This document shows, one piece after another, positions 26,301 through 36,762 of a stretch of DNA of 64,000 nt. Under the pieces are notes generated by a model that saw only the letters and a list, made by a program, of their open reading frames with translations, did not search any database and was not told the origin of the DNA. Position 1 is the first letter of the stretch. Every line of letters starts with the position of its first letter. The stretch is taken from the NCBI GenBank assembly GCA_905178155.1, contig CAJINV010000001.1:1290606-1354605 (forward strand). The letters are read 5' to 3'. The stretch is from Amoebophrya sp. A120. Lineage: Eukaryota > Protista > Dinoflagellata. The position numbers and the translations under genes were made by a program.

Positions 26301-29300
26301 GGTATGTTTCCGAAGATTTGTGTTGCTGATTTGAGGTCGCAAATCACATTGGTTTGTGTACACAAATCCAGCATCTTGGCTCAAGACTTCTTGTCTTGTG
26401 GCCCATTTCCCACAATTAGAGGCGGGGCCGCCACCCCCGCGTGATCATCTTGTTTCAGGAGCTCATCGTGAGTTCCAAAGATCCGTAGCGGCTCTACATA
26501 ACAGGCGCCGGGTGCGGCCGGTCAGCCTCTAGATCATCGCTAGCGTAGTTCGATCATTCTGATAGTGATAAAAAGGAAAAGTGCTGCGTTCTTTTGTTGC
26601 ACTCCCTCGGTAGGCACGCGCGTGCGTTGCCGAGCATCTGAGCGGCTCCTGCGTGACGAGTGTCACCGCCCGTCGTTTCGAGTTGGGCTGTCCTTCTTCT
26701 GTCCTCACGAGCCGTCCCTATCGGCGTACCGTTGTGGTTTCCTCGATCGCCACTTAGAGGCTCTCCGCGATGGTCTTCTTCGTCGGGTGGATAGCGGCGC
26801 GCATCGAGTTTATGCGGCCTGGGACTTCCGTGGAACCAGCACGAGCTTCCTGGCTTATGTGGTCCTGCTGCGGAGTGGGCAGTCGGGGTACCTGTCGCTG
26901 GTTGCGGAGGCCATCTCGAAGTCCCCGATAGTGGATGGAGTTCTCCCGCCCATCTCCGAGTCACGAGGATGCCGCGCCCACCAGCGGATTGCCCTTCGGC
27001 GCTGGAGATCAGGGACTTTTATTTACTTACTTATTATTTTTGTCTGTCCTCATCTGCGGCTCTGTCTATCGTGAATTTGCATAATAAGTAAGTCCACTGT
27101 ACCTGCGCCAAAAATATACTTCTCCTCATTCGTTTGTCTTTGTGTATCTCGGTTTTTCCTTTTTGTTGTGTTGTGGTAGTGGATTATTTAGGGCCGCTTC
27201 CCTCATGGAAACCTTATTCCTGACCTCAGGCGCGTCGTAACGTCTCCTCTGGAAGCGGCTGTGCGCGGCTCTTACGTACAAGGTGGAGGCGGTGATGGTG
27301 TTGACGGGATGACTACGGAGATGGTTTTCGGATTATCTTCATCAGTTTTTCTTGCCGGGGGCACCGTGGCTGACCCATCTGTGTCAGTGCGCGGACCACA
27401 CCATCAGCTGTGATAGCGGCGCCCCATCTGCGGCGTTCGGTGTCCCCCGTGCGCCGGGTCCTGCGTGGTGCGACGTTCTCGAAGCGGGCGAGCTTTGCGG
27501 CACCAAGGTGGTGGCGGTTGTGGTGAGGGCGAGACGCGCCCACTTTGACCATCCCCGAGTGCGACACCAAGGTGGAGGTCGTAACGTGGAGTGGGTTATC
27601 CGTCTCTGGCCACGAGTGGTGGTTTCCAGCGTGATGCGCTGTCTGTCCGACATCGCCCGCAGTTCTCCGGCACAGTGCTGTTGCGTTAGCAGTTGCTCTT
27701 CGAGATTGAAGCTGCGCAGGACGAAGACGAGGCGGAGCAGCTCTGACGGAACTGGGCAGCGCGCGGCCTTCGCACCAGGAGCGGAAGCCGATTACTCAGC
27801 TTTCTTCCCGGGGGCTCCGGGGCTGACCCATTTGTGTCGGTGCGCGGACCAGCCCATCTGCGTTGAAAGCAGCACCCCATTCGCGGCGTTCTGTGTCCCC
27901 TGTGCGCCGGGTCCTTTGCAGCGTGCGTGGCCTTCTTGCTCGGCTCGGCCTGTTTTGGTGTCGCGTCGGTGGGTGTGCGTCAAGCTGAGTGGAGTGGAGC
28001 GAGATGCGCGTTTTGTGCTTGGGGGTTGTTCGACGGGATTCTTTTTGCGCCGAGGATTTCTAGCTTGTGACACGCCGCGTGTTCCCGCGGACTCTGTTTT
28101 GTGCCTGCTCGTGCTCGGAGATGACGTTGCTGTAGCCGCCGGAGATCGCGGCTTTCCATGATTTCCTACGATGCCGCTGGTCCTACAAGAGCCCTTTCGC
28201 CTTCATCCCAGTGCTGTCGCTGACAGACCTTGGGCTGATAATCCCGTTGCAGGAGGTTCGGTCCTTGGCGCGTCTTCGCCACCGGCAGGAGTCAGGATGG
28301 GTAGGTGGGTCTCCTTGTTATTGCCTGAGCTTGCTCAGGCCTTCGCTGCTTTCGGTGGCTGGTGGCCGCTCTTGAGTTTCAGGTGTGGGTCGGAGTCCGT
28401 TTGCCTCTCGTCAGTTTGGACGGAGTGCTCTCGTTCAGCCACCCCCCGGCGGTCGACTGTCGGCTATCTGGCTCCCCCAGCTCATGATTGCGGCGTTGGC
28501 TGGTGATGACAAGGTTGCGGACAGTTGACTTGTCATCTGTCTGGTTCGCTCACTTTGCTGCCACGACTGTTTGGTCCCCGGTCCCCTGAGGCGGGGGGAT
28601 ACGGGTTACCTGGTCGGGATGTCGCGCGGTAGGTGTCTCTCACGTCCCTAGCTCTTCGTACTCGCCGCTGAGTACAGTCGAGCACCTTGGTTGATCGCCA
28701 CACTGTTTCATAGTGCTGAAACGACCCGGCTTTCACTAGGGGGAGCATTCGTACATTTTGTGCCCTCCGGGACTATGCCTCTGCTTCCGTCTAAACTGAG
28801 GGGTCCACTTATCCCTCTCGGTATTCGGTCGCAGGGAAGGGTTGCCGGGGTCTCCCTCGCATCGGTTCTCGATGTCGGGTGTGAGTTTGTGACTGCGGGG
28901 GCAGTGGTTGGCTTAGGTTTGTGGAGTACTTCTGAAAAGAGGCTCCCATTCCTTCTTCCAGGCAGTGATCCTAGATCGCTGCCACGCGGAGCCACCCCCG
29001 TATTTCACCCCCAGGGGGTTGTGGACCTGGCAAAACCGATGAGTTCGGGCTGCTGACTGTTCCACCTCCCCTAAGTGTGATCATTTCCGCCTCACGCCTC
29101 ACGCCTCACAAATCCAGCATCAGAAATTCCGTTTTGGTACACGCCTGGTTTCAACTCGGCCTTGTCCAATTTGTATCCCGCACTGGTATTTGCGTTGGTT
29201 GTTTTGGTCATGACGTTTTGCGCATGACATTTCGCGCTACCACTTGTGTGTAGTTCGCGATACCGACGGGTGTCCATGTCGGTTACTCCGTTTTTTGGCC

Positions 29301-32300
29301 GTTTGCATGCGTCTCCACGTTGGTTTGTCTTGCGAGACTCTCCTTTTCTAGTGGTGGTTTTTGAGTTGTACCAGTGTGATAGTGCCAGCTTTAGGGCGTT
29401 TTTAGATATAGTGGAATTAGAACTTGTTTTTTGGTAGTACTCCTTTCTATACTTTTTTTGATCCCTCGGTGCTAGTGGGCAAATTTGTACGAAGTTATTT
29501 CTACTCAGATAACAACACAGCTCACTACGCCGCCTTCCCAGGAGCTGTTGTTGCTATCTTTCGGTAGAAATCACACCGTCCAAATAATCCTACTAGAGTT
29601 TACCGGACTTCATTTTTGGCTCCTGGGATTTGCATGTAGTCGTGTTGCTGAAAATGTTTATCAACAGCCGCTGATGGAGAAACATTTTCAACCGCGACCG
29701 TCTTGTATAAGAATGTTCATGATTGTGCTACCATTGCTATTGGGCATACTGGTTGCTTTGGGGCATTTTCATACATGGGCGGCATTTGCTACGTGGTACG
29801 GGTGTCCCGTGATTATCGGGTGACCAAGTTCCCGGTGTGCGCGGAGGTATCGCTTGTGGAGGGCGGAGTTTGTGCAGGCTACCGCACATGCTTTACGACG
29901 AGATCATGCACATTGCGCGGCTGTCAATTCGGGAGTTTAGGGTGCCCATCTCCGTCTTCCCGCTGGGTTCAATCTGAAAATATTCGCAACACCGCACTGC
30001 TCTACTCCGACTTACCCTCATTCTATTTCCTCGATTTCTCGGTGCCAGGCCATGCACTTCTCCGTCTTACATTGCGAACCGGGTCGACGGGTGCACATAT
30101 TGAAAAATAGAAAGTTGGGATGGCAAGACAAAAAAGGGCAATTTATTATTTATCAAGGGCGTTCCTACTAGTGCCGCTCGGGCTTAGTCATAGACATAGC
30201 GTTACCTCTAATCCTTTATTGGTTTTAAAAAAGTAACCAGGCCTAGTTCGTGATCTCCGGTGGAGAACTACAGCATGCAATTCCTAAGTTAGTCCCTGGC
30301 TCGGTCTGCTAATCCGGGTAAGTAGCAACATCGTCGTGCTTCTCTACTAAATCGCTTACTGGTGCCTGCCCACTCGGGGAATAATTACATAAACGGCTGC
30401 CGCTTGTGGTGGTCAGAGGCGTTCGAGTCTAGTTAGTCCCTAGCTGCGCGCTACTCTTTCAGTTCGTGCGGGCTCCAGGTGCTGCGATCACCGGCAGGAG
30501 CTTAACAACAGCGAGCATAAGGACGTTAGATTTTTGATTGCTTTACATTACAAGACCGGCACCTGTGTCGGCCCGCCGAAGTTTCGCGCGCGGGTTCAGC
30601 AGTCTTCTTTCTCGCGAAAAAGGTGAGTCTCCTGACCCTTTCGGTCGTCACCACTCCGCCGGTATTCGTGCTTGCGCGGTACCTCACGATGACGATGACG
30701 ATGGTTTAAGTTTTTTACGTATAGTCTAAACAGGGACGCCCAGCCCTTAGCCATCCAAAATCAGAAATTCCGTTTTGATATGGGGAGGGGGGATTTTTCC
30801 TTTCGATACACAACGGACGAGATTCAGGAATTGAAGAATCTCTCCGAGGAGACCGTATCAAATGCAAATATGTCTGGGTCTGGAAACTTGTGATGCTGAA
30901 CTGTGCACGACTGAAATAGTTCCCAAGGCAGCCAAGCGTGACAAGTTTGCCGAACACTTTGTTTGCCATGCGCAATCCGCATGACAAGCTGCGCTTTTAT
31001 GTGACAAAAGAGGGCGTTTCTTTGTTGGTCATGCAATACAGATCTTACAGGAATGTAGGATTAGGATTACAAGTTCCATTTTTCCCGACCCAGACATTTT
31101 TGCAATGCATAGACCGACATCAAAGACCGCTTGATCCAGTCCCTGGCACCCTCCATCCACGGGGAGCCCCACATCAAAACCGCCGTCGCGCTTGCCATGT
31201 TCGGTGCGGTGTCGAAAATTGCGCCGGGGGGACACATATGTGTTGCAAAAGTATCGTACTAGCATAAATTGCATCACAAATTTTTTCAAACGGAAAAATG
31301 GAATTTGTAATGCTGATTCACCTAGAAAGGGGTATTTGTCATGCATGATAGCAATTACTTAGTACGAGTGCGATACTTTTGCACAGGATAACATAGAATC
31401 CGCGGCGATTTGAATATTCTGATTTTGGGCGATCCCGGTAGACTGGGATTTCTTTTTGTTTTAGAAAAAAAGCCTGCTCATGTGAAGAAACGCGCATTCA
31501 AATCAGTAGAAGCTCCTACGACGTCCTGGTTTTGGAGAGGACGTGGTCCCGAAGTACAAACAAAGAGTCTTGATGCCACACTTGTTTTAGTTACGACAAA
31601 GGTTAGTAATGAGAAGCTACATGCTGTTGACAAGTAAGTACCTACCGTCTTTCGCATATAGTGGTCGCTTCGAGACCGTTGATTTCATTCACAGGTATGG
31701 CGAAGTCGCAATTTTTGAAGTACGTGGAAAAGACGATGCCCCGGGCGGTGTACACCACCGGCAAGGGTTATGGAAGTGTCAGAATCGAAATTGACAAAAT
31801 CGGAAAATTTGTGATGCACAAAATCGATGTCAGTTGGAGCCTCAGTGTCCAAGTGGCGCATGACAAATTTCGGGAGCACCAAAATCCAGTCTGTCATGCT
31901 GCTTGGGCAAAGAAGACTGCTCCAGTCATGCTACTCTCCTGGCAGCGCGTTGTATACCCCTAAGCAGGCTTACAATCGGTCCCATTTGCCTGCTCCCCAA
32001 TACAGGCCATCAGTGCCCTAGTACATTTTATGCATCACAAATTATCTCGATTTTGTCGATTTCGATTCTGACACATCCATAAGGGTGCTTCCGGGGTCGG
32101 TTTAACGGCGGCGGTCGGCCGGGATCCGGTCAGCGGCGAGTGGGTGCTGGAGGGCGGGGCGATGGTGTTGGCGGACCAGGGTATCTGCCTGATATGCAAT
32201 GTAAATTTCCCGTACATGTACAAAATGCATGACAAATTTCGCTCACTTGTAGTGTCCAACTTGTCATGCTAGACTAGGATTGAAGGCAAGTTTTGTTATG

Positions 32301-34877
32301 CAGAGACTGCATTTGTACACGTACGGCAAATTTACTGTGGATACCTGATTGACGAGTTCGACAAGATGAACGATCAGGACCGTACCTCCATCCACGAAGC
32401 GATGTATGCATTGCAAAAGTATCGTACTAAGTAGAAATTGCATGACAAATTTTTGTAGAAGGAAAAATGCAGTTTGTCATGCTGTTTTACCTTCGGAAGA
32501 AGATGATTTGTCATGCATATTTGCAATTAATACGAGTGCGATACTTTTGCACAGGATATAATGGAGCAGCAGACCATTTCCATCGCGAAGGCCGGCATCT
32601 GCGCGTCGCTGCAGGCCCGGTGCTATGAATTGCAAAAATGTCTGGGTCTGGAAGATCCTGAAACTTGTCATGCACGTTTTGCGTGAGGCGTGACGTCAGT
32701 GATGCATGCCCCAGCATCACAGATTTCGCGAGGGCTTCTTGATGCCTAGTCCACATGACAAATGCCCTCTCCGCATAGCAAAAATTACGTTCCCTTTGCG
32801 GCTCATGCAATACAGATTTTTTTGGAATCCAAACGCAGCATCACAAGTTGCATTCTTCCAGACCCAGACATATTTGCAATCCATAGGTGCTCCGTGATTG
32901 CGGCGGCAAACCCCCGGCAGGGCCGGTACGATCCGCAGCTGAACTTCGCCCAGAACGTGGACTTGACGGACCCCATCTTGTCGCGATTCGACGTCCTTTG
33001 CGTTTTGAAGGACGTTCCGGACACCGGCCGTGACGTGGCGCTGGCGGATTTCGTGATCTGCAGTCACATATGAAATGCAAATATCCCTGGATGTCTGGAA
33101 ACCTGTAATGCTGAATGGTCATGAGTGACAGTACGCCTCTAAGTGCAGTATTGCATGACAAATTTTTCAAACGCTTTCTCATGCTTAGTGCGCATTACAA
33201 ACTGCGGTTTTTCATGACGAAAGCGAAACAGTATGGTGCTTTTGTTGCTTTTACGCAAGAATACAGATTTTTCTGGAGTTGTCCTGGCCAGGCAATACAA
33301 GTTCAACCTTTATAATTCCAGACCCAGACATATTTGCAGCTGATATCCCATCCGCTCACACCCGGACTGCGACGAGCAGACCAAGAAAAATTTGAAATCG
33401 AAGGGCAGCGGATTCCGCTCCACGATCGAACCCTTGGAACAAAACAAGCTGCGAAACTACATCATGTACGCCCGGCAGAACGTCAAGCCCACGGTGTCAG
33501 ATTTGGACCGCGACAAACTGGCAAGGTTTTACCAGGAAATCCGACGAGAAGCCGCCGGGAACAACGCCAACGGCACTGTCATGACGGTAATACTTCATTT
33601 TTGTCCGGGTAGTTTCTTTACGTTAGTGCCTTGCATGACTGAGTGCCGGCGCCACTCTTGGCAAAGGAAAAAAAAACAGCTTCGTTCGTTTTTCAACTTT
33701 GAGAACGTTGCCACGTGCGGTCGCTGCACACAAAATGAGTGCCTACACAAGTAAAGTGCGCTTGCGCACATACAAGTATAGTAAATACCAAGAAAAATAA
33801 AAATGTTGAAAATCAGGTCCGTCACGTGGAGAGTATGGTCCGGATGGCGGAGGCTTTCGCGAAGATGGAGCTGCTATCAACTGTAAAAATGTCTGGGTCT
33901 GGAAGATTCTGAGATTTGTCATGCATATTTCGGATCACGCAAATGGCGTCTGATGCAGGCAAAAGCATCACAGGTTTTGAGCAAGCTTCATGATGCCTGT
34001 CCCGCATGAGAAACTTCCTACTTGCGTGCCAAGAAATGGACAGCTTTTGGCGCTCATGCAACACAAGTTTTTGTGTGTTCCAGAGTTTGCATCACAAGTC
34101 CCAACCCTTCCAGACCCAGACATTTTTACATTTGATAGCTGCGACACCAGGTGAACAAACGGGATGTGGATAACGCCATCGCGACGATGCTGGAGTCCTT
34201 CTGTCAAACGCAAAAACACGCCTACGCACAGGAGCTGCGTAAAAAGTTCGGGCACTATATTGTCCAGGTATAGATATGAGGGCGGCTCGTTTTCGATTTC
34301 ATCCAGAAAACATTACAATGTTATGTAATACTCCGGAATAATGTCAGATCAACATACATGCTCAACAAAGAAGCGCAAACAAAATTGTGCTTCAAGAATC
34401 AACACTATTCTATGCAGGTGCAAGACCACCATCAACAGCTGAACGGATTGCTTTCCCGGCAGCTCACGCGCGCCGAGCTGCTCATTAAAGACGAGCAGAC
34501 AAGAGTGGCGCACGTACTTACTTAGTTTCTGTCAACATTTCTTGCGGTTGGGCTATAATTTTCTTGCATGGCAACGCAGAAAGTGAAAAACTTGAAACAT
34601 TGATTGCGGCCTAAATGCAACAGCTCAGAATGAATGCGTTTATTTACTCTCCGCGGATAAAACACTTCCCCAAACTCAGGTGAAAGAAGCAGACTTCGTG
34701 AAGGAAGCCAAGCTCTACCTGCTGCAGGATTCGGTCAAGGATTACCTGAAGAGCGATCTTTTCCGAGAATCTTTTGTCATCGACGAGGACCTAGGCGGAA
34801 TTCGGCGCATGACCGAAGAAGAGCGCTACCAGCAGGACGACTTTTCTCTGCCGGCCTTCATCACGCCAAACCGATGA
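23363..34877 (+). CDS. MCM2: DNA replication licensing factor MCM2, many exons
   Basis: Reassembled motifs: zinc finger [62 protein letters not shown] (Walker A), [27 protein letters not shown] (Walker B), [33 protein letters not shown]. Start codon uncertain. Confidence 0.93.
26376..29106 (+). mobile_element. Nested insertion 1, retroposon-like, starts with a spliced-leader relic
   Basis: CACAAATCCAGCATC at 26361-26375 and 29107-29121; begins TTGGCTCAAG; ends in (CGCCTCA)x3. Confidence 0.8.
29137..30759. mobile_element. Nested insertion 2
   Basis: ATCAGAAATTCCGTTTTG at 29119-29136 and 30760-30777. Confidence 0.8.
30856..31111. mobile_element. Introner family A
   Basis: Direct repeat GACCG. 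Confidence 0.93.
31237..31390. mobile_element. Introner family B
   Basis: Direct repeat ACACA/ACATA; joins PGGH-RIRGD. Confidence 0.9.
31769..32081. mobile_element. Introner family H (TIR core GTGTCAGAATCGAAAT)
   Basis: Direct repeat AGGGT; joins TTGKG-ASGVG. Confidence 0.92.
32193..32343. mobile_element. Introner family I (TIR core GTAAATTT.CCGTAC.TGTACAAA)
   Basis: Direct repeat CCTGA; joins GICL-IDEFD. Confidence 0.92.
32405..32558. mobile_element. Introner family B
   Basis: Direct repeat CGATG/TAATG; joins HEAM-EQQT. Confidence 0.9.
32624..32885. mobile_element. Introner family A (reverse orientation)
   Basis: Direct repeat GGTGC; joins [11 protein letters not shown]. Confidence 0.93.
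33069..33345. mobile_element. Introner family A variant
   Basis: Direct repeat TCACA/TCCCA; joins ICSH-IRSHP. Confidence 0.88.
33875..34137. mobile_element. Introner family A (reverse orientation)
   Basis: Direct repeat GCTGC; joins KMEL-RHQV. Confidence 0.92.
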
Positions 34878-36762
34878 AGAGAGGCGAGCGCCAAACCGAC
34901 GAAGGTTGTAGGCGTGCTAACCAGCAGCTCTTTTTCGCATTTGCTACAGGAATAATCGACCTGCAACGTCGCTAAAGGGCGATCATAACATCGAAGTATT
35001 TTAGTTTTAACGCTACAACCATTTTTTATCACAAGTAATCGCAAGAGCTCCGAGCTCTGCTTCTGCTCTTGCAGAAGTTGAACTCGTTGCTGGTATAATG
35101 TCTAGATTGATAAATTGACACTTAGACGACCTATTTCAGGTTTGTTTTAGCATACTAATCCAATAGTAGTGGAACAGGGCCAAAGTTGCCCTGATCGAAG
35201 GTGTTTAGAACCCCACAGTAAGTTCAAAATGGGCGCAGGAAGTATTAGAGGTGGGGAGACCAAAAGTGTCTCTTCGTCTAGAGGTGGGGGGTTTGATTTT
35301 CATTTATGGTAGGAACCTACTATACCAATCTGGACACCACAGCAAGGAAACATTCGATCGAATTTGGACTGTTTTTTTGTAAGATTTTCACGATATTTTT
35401 TTGGCAAAATCAAAAAAGACGGTCCGAAAAGGCCGATGGCGTCTGAGTGCGTCAACCGCTATGTGCACCGGGACGAATGGATTTTGTTGTCTAGAACGCC
35501 TTCCTCCGTCTAACTACAATCTTGCGCGTTTCGTTTTTTTTTCGGTTCGATACCAGAGTGAGGATGAAGTCGGAAACCTCGTGCTCGAATTTGTTTGTAG
35601 TTTCGCGAGAACAAGGAGGGTTGAGGGTGAGGCGACTTTTACGAGTGTTACTTGACCATACCGCTGCCGAGACGACCATAGTTGTTGTCCGTAGAAAGCC
35701 AAACTGCCTTTCTTTCGTTCGTGCTGCCAAAGAGTGTGAGGCTCTTTCCGTGGTGAGCTGTGTGTCTGATCGAAGCAAAGTGTAGTCGCTGGTTGGGTTC
35801 TGCAAATGGTTTTTCCATACATAATTTTTTCAATAGCAGGCCGAGGAGAGGACAAAGGAATTTCCATTTATCAGACCAGCTCAGGGAGGAGCGCATGCTC
35901 CCTCTGGTAACCGTAAGGAAAATGTTCTGGTAGACGAGGCAGAAGTTACTGTACTTGCACTCTCCCAGGACAACGAACGTACGACGAAATTAATAAGGGA
36001 ATAACGCCGTCGGGCAGCTCTCATCTTTCACTGCGCCACAAGCACTTCGCGCTCCAGAGAGCAAGACCTGTTTAAGCGGTGGTCGTGTCCAGCAACTAGT
36101 TACGCAGCAGTCCTCGTTGCAAGCGCTTGTTGCTTCGTGCCGGGGTTGTTTCTGGTACAACAACACGCAGGGAGCTACAGGTACACCTTTATTGTGCAGC
36201 GTGAGAACGTCGAGTGTCTCGCGAAGCGCGGAGGCATTTGAACTGCCGCGCTCTGATTCTTGTCGCGGGTGTACTACTAGTACCAGAATCGAAGCGAGAA
36301 GAACACCACTACGCGCAAGAGTGCGACGTAACACGCTCGGAAGAGAACAAGAATCTTCGGAGCACCTTTGTTCGCTTCTGACCAAAGGTGGCGCGGACGG
36401 CCGAAAACAAGAAGAATTTTGTTGAACAAGATCACGCTTTCTTTTCCCGCACAAAGCAGAGGCCGACCTTCCCAGAGGACCAATCTGTAGTCGCCAGCAA
36501 TCCGTCGTGCGTCGACGCCGCCGGAATAGGCCAGCAAAAGTTTTCTCAGTCAACACACAGAGTAGAAGCAGAAGCCCAGCACCAGAGGAAGTACAGTAAA
36601 TAATCTTCCCACATAGTAAGTTGAGATCCAGATCTTCCTAAAGAGGGGACCGCTGCAGGACCGACGGTCAGACGATCTATTTCTTGAGACGCAGCAGGCC
36701 CACCAAGACATCCACCACGCGACAACACCTAGAAAACCTGCAAAAAGACTACAGCAGTGAAG

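Larger units (their letters stand above)
26264..30808. mobile_element. Family D introner expanded to 4.5 kb by two nested insertions
   Basis: TIRs at both ends, direct repeat CACAA; frame restored ([12 protein letters not shown]). Confidence 0.88.

Noticed and set aside
26482-26489. TCCGTAGC matching the 5' part of the dinoflagellate spliced leader
   Set aside because: Only 8 nt and not at a junction; compatible with chance.
26376-30759. Autonomous transposase or reverse transcriptase in the nested insertions
   Set aside because: No RT, endonuclease or DDE motif recognised in the provided ORFs; an HMM search would be needed to exclude degraded remnants.
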